Source: the human T2T-CHM13v2.0 reference genome, Homo sapiens. Taken from it: DNA of 64,000 nt. Where the stretch lies: assembly GCF_009914755.1 (NCBI RefSeq), contig NC_060934.1; one strand, given 5' to 3'. Under the pieces are notes generated by a model. It was not told the DNA's origin, did not search any database, and worked only from the letters and a program-made list of their open reading frames with translations. Position numbers and translations under genes: made by a program. Shown here in pieces: positions 26,337 through 38,381 of the stretch; position 1 is the stretch's first letter, and each line of letters begins with the position of its first letter.

Positions 26337-27077
26337 TCTAATTGTCCAACAGTTTCTTCCTGCCTGCTGCACAGACAAAACCAATTCACTGAGACCATGG
26401 TATTGTAGTTAAAAAAGAGTTTAATTAATGGTAGGCTGGTCATGCAGAAGAAGGAGTTTTACTCAAATCAGTCTCCCCAAAGGCTCAGATGTCAGGGTTT
26501 TTCAAGCATAGCCTAATTGTCAGGAGACTAGGGAAAGGGTGCTGCTGATTGGTTGGGGATGGAATACTAAGGGTGTGGAAAACAGTCCTCATGCACTTAT
26601 TCCACCTCTGGGTGGTGCCACAGAACCAGTTGAGTCACGAGTTGTGAGTTGTGGTAATGTCAGTCTGAAAAATATTTCAAAAGACCAATCTTAGGTTCTA
26701 CAACAGTGGTCTCATCTATAGGAGCAACTGGGGAAGTCACCAATCTTGTGACCTCTGGCCACATGGCTCCTGAACAGTAAGGGATTGTAGAAATTCTGCC
26801 TACATCTTAGCAGAACTTAGATTCCTTGCATAATTCTAATTTTGTTTACTTTCATTAATCTTACAGAGGTGGTTTCAGCCCCCATATAAGGAGGGGATTA
26901 GTTTTAGGGAGGAACTGTTATCCTTGATTCCAAGTTAAACCATAAGCTAAATTCCTCCCTTAGTTAGTTTGGTCTACACCTAGGAATGATAAAGAAAGCC
27001 AGCCTGTGAGGCTGGAAGAAAGGTGGAGTTAGAATATTAGATTTTCTCACAGTCATAATCTTTCAAAGGTGGTTTCA
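26337..27077 (-). mobile_element. LTR8A/LTR8B-like ERV1 solo LTR
   Basis: Minus strand starts tgaaaccacctttgaaagattatgactgtgagaaaatctaa; near-TSD attg/tttg. Confidence 0.86.
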
Positions 27078-27211
27078 TTTGTTCAAATAATATTAAAATG
27101 ACCATAAAGAACAATGATTCACTGGTAACTTGCACAACTGCTTTAAGAGTAAGTTATAACAGATTGAACTCAATTATTTCTTAAATTTAAGAGATTGGAA
27201 AATGATGAAAG

Positions 27212-27859
27212 TGTCAGAGGCTTTCACACCAGCGGGATTCCATCTTGCATAGGGTCTGGGTAAAATGAGACTGACACTTGCTGGGCTGCATTCATAGGAG
27301 ATTAGGCATTCTTACAAGATGAGAAAGAAGGTCAGTAGGACTGGTTTCATAAGACACAGGTCATAAGATACAGGTCTGCTGATAAAACGTGATGGTAAAG
27401 AAGTTGGCCAAAACCCCTCAAATCCAAGATAGCTATGAAAGTGGCCTCTGATCATCCTCACTGCTGATTATACTGTAATTATAGTACATTAGTACACTAA
27501 AAGACACTCCTATCAGTGCCATGAAAGTTTACAAACGCCATGGCAATATCCAGAAGTCACACTATGGGGTCCAAAAAGGGGAGAAACCCCAAACCTCAGC
27601 TCCAGGAACTCTCCAATCTTTTCCTGGAAGACTCATGAATAATCCACTCCTTGTTTAGCATATGATGAATAAATAATAGTAAAAATGCCCAATAAGCAGC
27701 CCTTAGGGCTTTTCTGCCTATGAAATAGTCATCCTTCATTTTTTTTATTTTCCAATAAACTCGCTTTCACGTTACTCTGTGGACTTCCCTGAATTCTTTC
27801 TTGTGCAAGATCCAATAACCCTCTCTTGGGGTCTGGATCAGGATCCCTTTCTGGTAACA
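27212..27859 (+). mobile_element. MER41B solo LTR
   Basis: tgtcagaggc...ctgggtaaaatgagactg...ctctcttggggtctggatcaggatccctttctggtaaca; includes the MER41B GAS-bearing segment. Confidence 0.92.
27621..27629. promoter_or_regulatory. GAS (STAT) motif TTCCTGGAA in MER41B
   Basis: Matches TTCN3GAA at the position of the second MER41B GAS site; function not shown. Confidence 0.55.
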
Positions 27860-28511
27860 AAAATACAGTGTCCTTTTGTATTTGGTATTCACAACATTGT
27901 ATTTATCATAAAGATATTTGACAAATTCTTACAGAAACATTGTAAGCATATAGCACATGTTAACTAACATAAGGACATTCAGATAGAATAATTATCAGAA
28001 GGACAATATTGAAAACTATCTAAATTATGTACAATTTTATTCTTTGGGAAAGCCTCTCATAGCATTTAGTCAATTTATAGTCTTAGCCTAGTTCTTAATA
28101 TTTCTTACCTATAACCTGAATTAAATTCGAGAAAGCACATCAATCATACATATGAATGTATATTGATGACAAAATATTTTTATAAAAACCTAAATGCATG
28201 AAATAATAATGTTATGACAGCCAAACTGGCTAAGGTGAAACAATAAATTGAAACTAGTAAAGGTAATATAGAGAAGGTAAAGTTTAGCACTAACCTCAAT
28301 TATATAAGTACACAGGGAGTCTGGGTTTAGCAATTATACCTGTGAAGTAGTGGGGATTCAGTTTGGAATTTTAGTGATAGTCAAAACAATATGAGTAGAC
28401 TATGTATTATAACTGGTAAAAATCGTGCATGTTATACGACTACTTTGAATGAGGGTAGAGATAATTTTACAATTATTATAATGTCAATAATGCCCAAGAC
28501 TTGTATAAGTG

Positions 28512-29045
28512 TATAACAGATTAGAATATGCCACCCAAATTGTGCCTATTTGCATAAGAACTATTATAAGCTGATTATGTTGGGAAGCTGTAGACACAGA
28601 AGAAGCTTTAAAAACAAAGTTACCCTTTTGTAGGGAAATTTACATCTATGAAGAAAATGTCCATTTTTAAGTGGGTCTATCTCTCTGTTTTCCAAGAAGA
28701 CTCACTAGAGAAGATTTAATAGATACTGTAATCAATGGAAAAGGCATTGACTTAAATCTGCATATCAAACTCTACCTTTTTTACCTGCTTTTTGGTCATC
28801 TTCCCATAATTGGCCCCCCTCAACATTCCTGTTACTTTGTTTTATTTGAGATGCTATTTAAGCCTGAGTTCAAAGCTATCTCTTTAAGATTTACTAATTC
28901 TTCTACATTTCTTCCACATCTACATGAGGTATACATGTTAGTAAAATTTTGCTCATATTTCTCTTATTAGTCTGTCTTTTGTCATAGGGCACCCCAGCTA
29001 AGAATTCAGAATGAGTTAAAAGAAAATTACTTTCCTTCCTCTATA
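28512..29045 (+). mobile_element. MER34-family ERV1 solo LTR
   Basis: tataacagattagaatatgccacccaaat... 5' end; perfect 4-bp TSD AGTG at 28508-28511 and 29046-29049. Confidence 0.85.
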
Positions 29046-29079
29046 AGTGCTATAATAAAATGAATTTATTTAATTTTAG

Positions 29080-29230
29080 CTACAATCTTGTGATGTAAAT
29101 ATTATTTATCAATTTTATAGGTGAAGAAACAGGTGCAGAGAGATTAAATAATTGCCCAAGGTCACATATGTAGTAAAGAACAGAGTGATATGGCTCCAAA
29201 GCTAATACTCTCAAGCAAGACACTGCATTT
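29080..29230 (-). mobile_element. MIR
   Basis: attttataggtgaagaaacaggtgcagagagattaaataattgcccaaggtcaca. Confidence 0.8.
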
Positions 29231-29450
29231 TTTAAAGGTAAAATGACCATTCAGAAATGATTTGTTATGGTGATAACAATGCTATATGAGGAATGGATAG
29301 TTGAAATAGAAATAAAAGTTTATAGAAGAAATTACTGAAGTTCATGGTAATTGACTTCAAATTATTTGAATAGTTCTCTTGTGAAAAGAAGCTGGACTTG
29401 TTTCTGTGGCTTCAAGAGGGAGACTAGGATCCAAAAGAATTTTATTTTCC

Positions 29451-29966
<516 letters not shown>

Positions 29967-30148
29967 TTAATGATATATAAAATTGTAGAATTGCAGAGTT
30001 CCAGGAATGAAATGTAGATAAATGTGTCTTCAATAATAGTGACAATATTTTGTAGTATATTTAACATTTGTGAACATCTGCAATTGCTCTCCTTAACCAG
30101 TAAATGGGCAATGATTGGTGGCCATCCATTACAGATTTAAAACCTTAA

Positions 30149-30273
30149 CCCATTTATGCCTGAGGTTGCAATTTTTTGAAATTTTGCCATCAAACCTTGG
30201 AGATGACCTTGAGCAGTAGGATATAAATAACTTTCACATGCTTGGCATTCCAATAATGGAATACTAGGCATAA
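30149..30273 (-). mobile_element. MER85 piggyBac (PGBD3-related) MITE
   Basis: TTAA at 30145-30148 and 30274-30277; TIR cccatttatgcct; internal gatgaccttgagcagtaggatataaataact; palindrome ttccaataatggaa. Confidence 0.92.
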
Positions 30274-31852
30274 TTAATACCAGCAAACAATCCATTTCAA
30301 AAGAAAGATTAATGTGCTCACAAAGCCAATTAGCGTGCTCTAAGTATAACATTTACACATATCTATATTTAATTTTCCTTGATGTATCTTCAATTCATCT
30401 AATGAAAAGAGAGTAAATACTCTTTTTTTAATTAAAAAATATCACCAGGCAAAACATTTCTTATTTTATTATATTTCTTATTTTATTGAATTACCATTAA
30501 GTCATTACCCCTAAACAGAAAATTATTTTCTGTTTTCTACATTTTCCTCTCTTTTTCAAGTATTCTGCATTTAGTAACATATTTAGGCTGCACATTTTTC
30601 TCAACCTATCTGGATAATTAACTATACACCCTAGATTTTTAACTCTCATTTTGACCTACTATATGTGGTAGTATATTGATACACTATAAACATTATCAAA
30701 TTCACAAATTAGTCTCATTATGTCTTTTACTTTCTGAGTATTTTCTTTTGTTTGATTCTCTACTTTTCTTTATGTTACACTTTTCAATCAAATTCATTCA
30801 TAATTTAAATTGATTTTTTTCAAATTTAGGTGTATTTTTCTATTAGGTAATTTAATAGATGATTTATTGATATTAAAATTGTACCGTGGCATACCATAAG
30901 GCTCTTGAGTTCATTTTTTCAGAGTAGAGAAATTGAATATAGAAATGAGTGAAAAAATCTACCTGATTTTCATAGAAAATTGCTCACAGAAAGAAAGTGA
31001 ACTTTCTTTAAAACATGTATAAAATGAAACGTACATCTTATGTTGTAACCCAAGTTCATTTGGGCCACTTTGAAATGTGTTTCCATCCATCAAAGTTAAA
31101 AAAAAATGGGCAAAAAGCATTTAATACTTTCAAATTGTATCCAAAATCCATGAAGAAAAATATATCTACATTTTGATTCTCCTCAATGGGGAACACAAAG
31201 GAATGCTGCAACAAACAAAAACTCAAAACGAATCTTCTTTAGATACATTTCACCATCCCAATACATTTCATAGCAGTAGGTGAAATCTCCAGCTTCCTCC
31301 CCTTCTCTCGTCAATGTAAACCCCATGGATGTGTTGTTCACCAATTAAAATCCTTTTGTCCTTGCCATACCAAATTCCATCACTATCATGAGTCTAAATC
31401 CCTACCTTCACATATCTTGCTCACTACCCTACTCCCTGGAAAATTCTGATGAATACAATTTTTTATCTTGTATACTTCTATAAGGAGGTATTATTGGCTA
31501 TTTTTGTATCCTGAAATCAACTATGATATAACTACTGGTTAGTTAACACAGAAGTCAGCACCTGCCAAAACACGACTGATGAAAATTTCTAAATGGTAGG
31601 GCTTACTCCATATCAAACCAGATTGCCAAGAGATAATAACGAAGAGATTTAAAATTAAACTAAACAAAAGGGTTTTTTTCTTTGAAAACTTGGCCTAATC
31701 GTAAGGAATATTTCTTGTGTCAATATATTCTCCATTCTTTCTGCAGAATCACAATAAGTAATATTGATGAAATTTGCTGCCAAGCTTCAGAGTTTGTTTG
31801 TTTACATGTTTACTTATTTTTCCTGGAACCCCCCACCTCCTTTAATTAATTA

Positions 31853-32133
31853 ATTTTGAGACAAGGTCTCATTCTGCTGCCCAGGTTGCAGTGCAGTGGC
31901 CCAATCATAGCTCACTGCAACCTTGAACTCCCAGGCTCAAGCAATCCTCCCACCACAGCCTCCTGAGTAGCTAGAACTCTTGGTGCACATTTTGTTTTCC
32001 TTTTTTTTTTTTCTTTATAGAAGAGACTTCACTTTGTTGATTAGGCTCTTCTCAAACTTCTAGGCTCAAGTAATCCTCATGTCTTAGCCTCCCAAACTGC
32101 TAGGATTACAGGAGTGAGCCACTGCACCTGGCC
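31853..32133 (-). mobile_element. AluJ
   Basis: gagacaaggtctc...atcatagctcactgcaaccttgaactcccaggctcaagcaatcctccc; diverged. Confidence 0.93.
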
Positions 32134-32929
32134 TGCCTAGAACGTTGGATTTACAGATGATCTTATCCTTACTTCAGAGCCGTTCAAAAAACAAAGCTGT
32201 TATAAATAAACATCAATTATGCATAGGGTATCTTTCAATAAAGAGACGTAAAGTGATGATAATAATCTTGAACATTATTGAACTCCTCTTGTCTTCAATA
32301 TTATATTTCAAATGCTAGAGGCAATATAGACACAATCCTATGGTTAGGGTACTTGAAAAACAGTGAAGATAAACTAAACAGTATGTAGAAAATTATAATT
32401 AAACCTAACATATGAGTAGCCTAGACCCAAAACTATATAGCTTCAAAAAGAGTCAAAGTTTATCTATATCAAGTTTGTAAATCAAGCAAGCATCAGAACA
32501 TTATTCACTTGAGATAAAACTTGAAGAAGAAATATTATTTGCATAGGTAGGAATTATAGGAAATATATTTTAGAAGAGAGAAACACAATTTACTACTCAT
32601 AATCTGATGATGATTAAAATTCAGGTTCACCTCTTGCAAATATGTATGAACTATCCTAGGGCTTTGATGAGATGCTAAAGGATAATGATAAATACATTAC
32701 ACAAAAAGAGTCCAACAATATGGTTGTTACAGTGAAGATTTTGGGCATTAGTAAAATCTTATAAAATCTACTTTCTAAAAATTTTTCAGCAACAACCTAG
32801 TATTAACTGCATAAGTTTTGCATTGCTTCTTTGTTAACCTAGCAATTTTACTGCTGATTTTTACCCTCAAAATGTAAGCATTATATTGATAATATCTAGC
32901 AAATATTAATAATTATGTACTACACATTG

Positions 32930-33105
32930 GCATTTATTATCAAACCCAATCTTCACAAAACCCCTGGAGCTAGATTCTATCCCTGTGTTACAGGCATATA
33001 AACAGAGACTCCAACAGCTTGAGTAATTTGACCCCCCAAAATAGAGCTAACATAATGTAGAGCCTACTTACAACATTCAGTCTGATTTTACAAGTTATGT
33101 TCTGA
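32930..33105 (-). mobile_element. MIR
   Basis: aatcttcacaaaacccctggag...ttacaggcatataaacagagactc. Confidence 0.6.
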
Positions 33106-34159
33106 ACAATCAAGGAATGATTTAAGCTTCTCTGAGTAGGCATATATCAAGTTTATTAGGAAACACAAACACTACCAATGAAAAGCCTATTCAAATACAT
33201 GTTAAAACTAATTTAAATATTATAAATATTAATACTTGATTTATCCATCAAATCCTTTGGAAATTATAAGCTAATTTTATCTCAACTGTTACTTTAGGTA
33301 CTTGTCACCTTAGCATAATCAAATAAGACTAAGAGAACAATCAGGTAGTTCTTAGGCTGATCTTGTTATTTCTGAACAATATGATGGTTCAGTTCTATGT
33401 GAAGGTCAAAATAATATAAAAATTGACCAATAGTGTGTAAACCTTGTCATGAAAAAAAATTTTAAATGTATGCTGACAGTAAATGTATGCTGACATCATG
33501 CATGGTGAGTGACTCACAATTTTGTACTACATAAGACCAGAGGAAATAGAGCTTAGCAAGTTATTTGTCCTGGAGACAACTAAGTGTTCTTGGAATAACC
33601 AGGCCTGAGAAGAAATAGTAACCCAGGGTCACTATTGATTAATTTAATTTCTATCCCAAAGTTTCTCAGTAAGAGTCTGAACCTATTGTTCATCTCACTA
33701 AATGTTATTATAACCTTAGCAGTTCATGTTAGTATGATTCTTAATCCTAAAGTAATTGGGAAAAGTACTATTAATGATGGCTGGTGTTGATCATCTGAGC
33801 TGATCCCAGATAGAAAGAAGCTATTTCTTTTGGTGGGATCAAATTCCTTGGGGCTCTGTTTGGCTACAAATGATTAAAAAGTGAGTTTATTCCCTGTCTC
33901 CCAAAATGTCTCTTCCACTCTGTACCTCCTCCCCATTCCCTGTAAAAACAGAGATAACACAATTGATAGAAAGTGATTCAAGTACTCCACATTAGAAAGT
34001 TAGAAAGTAGCATAAACGCTATATATATGGATTTCTGGAATTCCAAGGATTGAGGAAATGAGGAGGAGGCACCTAGAAAGTGTAAGTAGAGAATTATAAG
34101 AAGGGAATTAAAAGTAAAGGCTTTAGATCATGACTAGAGGTCAATTCCTATGAAGGGAC

Positions 34160-35107
34160 TGTCAGGGCTCAGAAGCTGACACCCCAAAGTATGGTGGCTT
34201 GGCATGCTGAATACTTTAACCTGAAGATTTGAAAGGCCTGAGAAACAAGGTCCCTCTGATCTTCTCCTGCCCTCTTGTCTCTACCCCTGTTTTCCTCTTC
34301 TCCCCACAAGTGAGGGAAACCAAAATTTACCTTCCCCAAGGAAGGTTGAAGCTAGAGCTCCTCTCCCCACGCAAGTCATAACGGTAACTTACAGTAGTCA
34401 CTCTCTCCCTTCTCCTTTTTCCCTTGGAGACTCTCATTACAGAGAGATCCTGCCCCATGCCTGTGAGGAAGAAATGCAACACAGAGAAGCCAAGAATCTG
34501 AACAGACAGGCCTTGCTGTGTTTCTCAGTCTGTTACCATCAGCATATCCTTAGTCCAATCACATTTTCTACATGGCTGTCCATTCTTAATTGAACTTAAG
34601 CATAAAAGTAGACAGCTTTTGGCTGGGCACAGTGGCGCATGCCTGTAATCCCAGCACTTTCAGAGTCTGAGGTGTGAGGATTGCTTGAGTCTAGGAGTTT
34701 GAGACCAGCCTGGGCAACATCGTAAGACACTGTCTCTACAAAAAAAATTTAAAAATTAGCTGGGCATGGTACATGCCTGTAGTCCCAACTACTCAAGAGG
34801 CCGAGGCAGAAGGATCCCTTGAACCAAGGAAGCAAGGCTGCAGTGACCCACATTCATATCACTGCAGTCCAGCCTGGGCCACAGAGTGAGATCTTGTCTC
34901 CAAAAAAATTTTTTTAAAGACAGTTTTCCCTGAGTCCTTTGGTCTCCCAGTCCTTCAGTCTCTTCTGAAGTCTTCTCTGTCACATGAAACTTTGATTAAG
35001 TAATTTTGTAAGAGTTTTTTCTTGTTATCCTGACTTTTGTTATAGGAGTATTAGCCATGACCCTTATGATGGGTAAGTAAAAGTATCACACCCTTTCCAC
35101 CCTCCCA
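34160..35107 (+). mobile_element. MER31-like ERV1 solo LTR interrupted by an AluJ
   Basis: tgtcagggctcagaagctgacaccccaaagtatggtggcttggcatgctga 5' end; near-TSD ggac/gggc. Confidence 0.8.
34621..34910 (+). mobile_element. AluJ
   Basis: ggattgcttgagtctaggagtttgagaccagcctgggcaaca; approximate TSD agacag(c)tttt. Confidence 0.94.
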
Positions 35108-35454
35108 GGGCTTTGACCAACATTATATGACCTATATGTTAGGCTAAACCACGTGTAAAAATGAAGATATTAGAGTATTTTTTGACCTACAAAATGGGCA
35201 ATTTTATATTCTTCACTCTAATAAATTAATGTTTAACATTAGATTTGCAATAACTAATTTCATGCCTTAGGTATATTATGGTATCTATATACAATTTGTG
35301 AATCTTAGTAAACTTTTAAGAAATTGAAAAGAGATATGGACTCTCAATAAAAAGGGATAGAAGTTTGATATACACATATATTCACATACAAATATTTGTG
35401 TTTATACTCAGATGTATGCATATATACATATGCATAAGTATTTAATATGTAGTA

Positions 35455-35871
35455 TAGATGCTCCTTGACTTACAATGAGGTTAGAGCCTTGATAAATCCA
35501 CTGTAAATTGAAAATACCACAAGTTGAAAATTTATTTATTACACCTAAGAGAATGAACATCATAACTTAGCCTAGCCTTGTTATATGTGCTCAAAATACT
35601 TACATTAGCCTACAGTTGGGCAAAATCATCTGGCAACACGTTACACCATAGAGTACTGATTATTTACCCTGATGATCAGGTGACTGACTAGAAGCTGTGG
35701 CTAACTACTACTACCTAGCATCAAAAGTGACTATTGCACAGCATATTGCTAGCCTGGGAATAGAGAAAATTCAAAATTCAAAGTAAAGTCTTTACTGAAT
35801 GTATATCATTTCACACCATCATCAAATTGGAAAATTGTTAAGTTGAAGCATTGTAAGTCAGGGATCATACC
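35455..35871 (+). mobile_element. MER47B-like (Tigger5-related) DNA transposon
   Basis: TA-flanked; agatgctccttgacttacaatg ... cattgtaagtcagggatcat inverted termini; ttacattagcctacagttgggcaaaatcatct. Confidence 0.85.
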
Positions 35872-35982
35872 TATGTCTCACATATAAATAGGATATTTAT
35901 GGTTTAAAAATAATAATAAAGTGAACACACTTTTACCATCTCACAACAAACAGGACATGCCTTATTTGAATAGAATTAAAAG

Positions 35983-36001
35983 TTGACACTAGGTGGCGTT
36001 A
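35983..36001 (+). promoter_or_regulatory. Candidate CTCF motif
   Basis: TTGACACTAGGTGGCGTTA; core CACTAGGTGGCG fits the CTCF consensus, with mismatches at two flanking positions. Confidence 0.4.
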
Positions 36002-36619
36002 GGCCTTAGAGTCATGTGATTTAAAATAACATAAGGCAAAATTCAACCTGGGGTTTGAAGTAGAGGCCTATTTTTAAAATCCTCTGTGGAATTTCTTTCT
36101 CTTGTCATTTTTGACAAGTAGGAAGAAGAAATTTGGGAGAATATCTTGTTGTCTTATGCTCAAATGCAATGCCCTGTATTTTTTTTTTAAATGAAGTGCA
36201 ATCTTGGAAATGTGCTTTAGTCTTGCCCTAGCTAAAGAAGGGCATCAAGGGAAGTGTTAAGGGAGAGGCTGCACCCACGGGTACTATGCAGGGGATACAC
36301 TGTAGCTTTCTGTCAAGTCAAATAAGTAAGGAGACAAAAACTTGAAACATGTAGGTACCAAGCAAGAGCAAAATACAGCCAGAAATTCATTAGGCACACA
36401 GGATTGAGAAAAAAAAAATATGACATATATCTGGAAAAGTACAACTCCAGAGGGAAAATATGTGAGTTAATATTTTATTTATATCTGATTTTGTACTTTT
36501 CTCTACTGAATTTTCCCACTAGACATAACTCTGAAAATTCAAAATAAATCTGTATTTGAATTATTTAGCAGGAGTGAGAGAGTCAGTTTCAATATCATTT
36601 TCAAGATGCTAAGTTAGTA

Positions 36620-36800
36620 ATTATATTAATAGATAATGAATCAGTGCTATGATTATCTCCATTATAAAGGTAGGAAAACTGAAGCTCAGAAAACTTTCAA
36701 CAAAGCCACATGGATAAAATGTGGTGAAGCTGAATTTTTAAGCCAAGCTATTAAACTTCCGTGTTGTGTTCATAATCACTGTTTTATAACACATTATTGT
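36620..36800 (-). mobile_element. MIR
   Basis: attatctccattataaaggtaggaaaactgaagctcagaaa. Confidence 0.7.
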
Positions 36801-36951
36801 AACTACCGCTTTGATGTGCCTGTGTAATGCATCATATTTTTCTCATATGCATATCATATATATTTATCATGAAATTTTATCAGGAAATTTACATAGTAAA
36901 ACTTGCCATCCCTAGAGTTATCAAGCAATAATCTATAATTTCCTGAAAAAC

Positions 36952-38381
36952 TTTTTATTTTTCATTTTACTTTAAGTTTCAGGATACATGTGCAGAATAT
37001 GCAGGTTTACTACATAGATATACGTGTGCTATGGTGGTTTGCTGCACCTATTAATCAGTCATCTAAGTTCCCTGCACTCGCCCCCCAGCCCCCAACAGGC
37101 CCCAATGTGTGATGTTCCCCTCCCTGTGTCCATGTGTTCTCATTGTTCAACTCCTACTTATGAGTGAGAACATGTGGTGTTCGGTTTTCTGTCCCTGTGT
37201 TAGTTTGCTGAGAATTATGGTTTCCAGCTTCATCCGTGTCCCTGCAGAGGACATGAACTCATCCTTTTTTAAGGCTGCATAGTATTCCATGGGGTGTATG
37301 TGCCATATTTGCTTTATCCAGTCTATCATTGATGGGCATTTGGGTTCATTCCAAGTCTTTGCTATTGTGAAGAGTGCTGCAATAAACATATGTGTCCATG
37401 TATCTTTATGGTAGAATGATTCATAATTCTTTGGGTATATAGCCAGTAACAGGATTGCTGGGTCAAATGGTACTTCTGGTTCTAGATCCTTGAGGAATCA
37501 CCACACTGCCTTCCAAATGTTTGAACTAATTTATACTCCCACCAACAGTGTAAAAGCATTCCTATTTCTCCACAGCCTCACCAGCATCTATATTTTTCTG
37601 GCCTTTTTAGTGATTGCTATTCTGACTGGAGTGTGATGGTATCTCATTGTGGTTTTATTTCCATTTCTCTAATGATCAGTGATGTTGAGCTTTTTTTCAT
37701 ATGTTTTTTGGCCGCATAAATGTCTTCTTTTGAGAAGTGTCTGTTTATATCCTTTGCCCACTTTTTGATGTTTTTTTTTTTTCTTGTACATTTTTTTAAG
37801 TTCCTTATAGATTCTGGATATAAGAACTTTTTCACCTGGGTAGATTGCAAAATTTTTTTTCCCCACGCTGTAGGTTGCCTGTTCACTCTAACTATAGATT
37901 CTTTTGCTGTGCAGAAGCTCTTTAGTTTAATTAGATCTCATTTGTCAATTTTGCCTTTTGTTGCAATTGCTTTTGGCATTTTTGTCATAAAGTCTTTGCC
38001 CGTGCCTGTGTGCTAAATGGTATTGCCTAGGTTTTCTTCTAGGATTTTTATGGTTTGGGGTTTTACATTACAATTTTTAATTCATCTCGAGTTAATTTTT
38101 GTATAAGGTATAAGGAAGGGGTCCAGTTTCAGTTTTCTGCATATGACTAGCCAGTTTTCCCAGCACCATTTACTGAATAGGAAATCCTTTCACCATTGCT
38201 TGCTTTTGTCAGGTTTGTCGAAGATCAGATGGTTGCAAATGTATGATGTTATTTCTGAGGTCTCTTTTCTGTTCCCTTGGTCTATATGTCTGTTTTGGTA
38301 CTAGTACCACACTGTTTTGGTTTGTTTTGGTTATTATAGCCTTGTAGTATAGTTTGAAGTCAGGTAGCATGATGCCTCCAG
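36952..38381 (-). mobile_element. L1PA (L1PA8-like) 3' 1.4 kb, 5'-truncated
   Basis: Antisense primate L1 3' UTR and ORF2 C-terminus (ORF track MFIAALFTIAKTWNEPKCPSM..., [19 protein letters not shown]); frameshifted. Confidence 0.95.

Noticed and set aside
37147-37886. L1 ORF2 peptides
   Set aside because: Frameshifted C-terminal remnants of a truncated L1; not retrotransposition-competent
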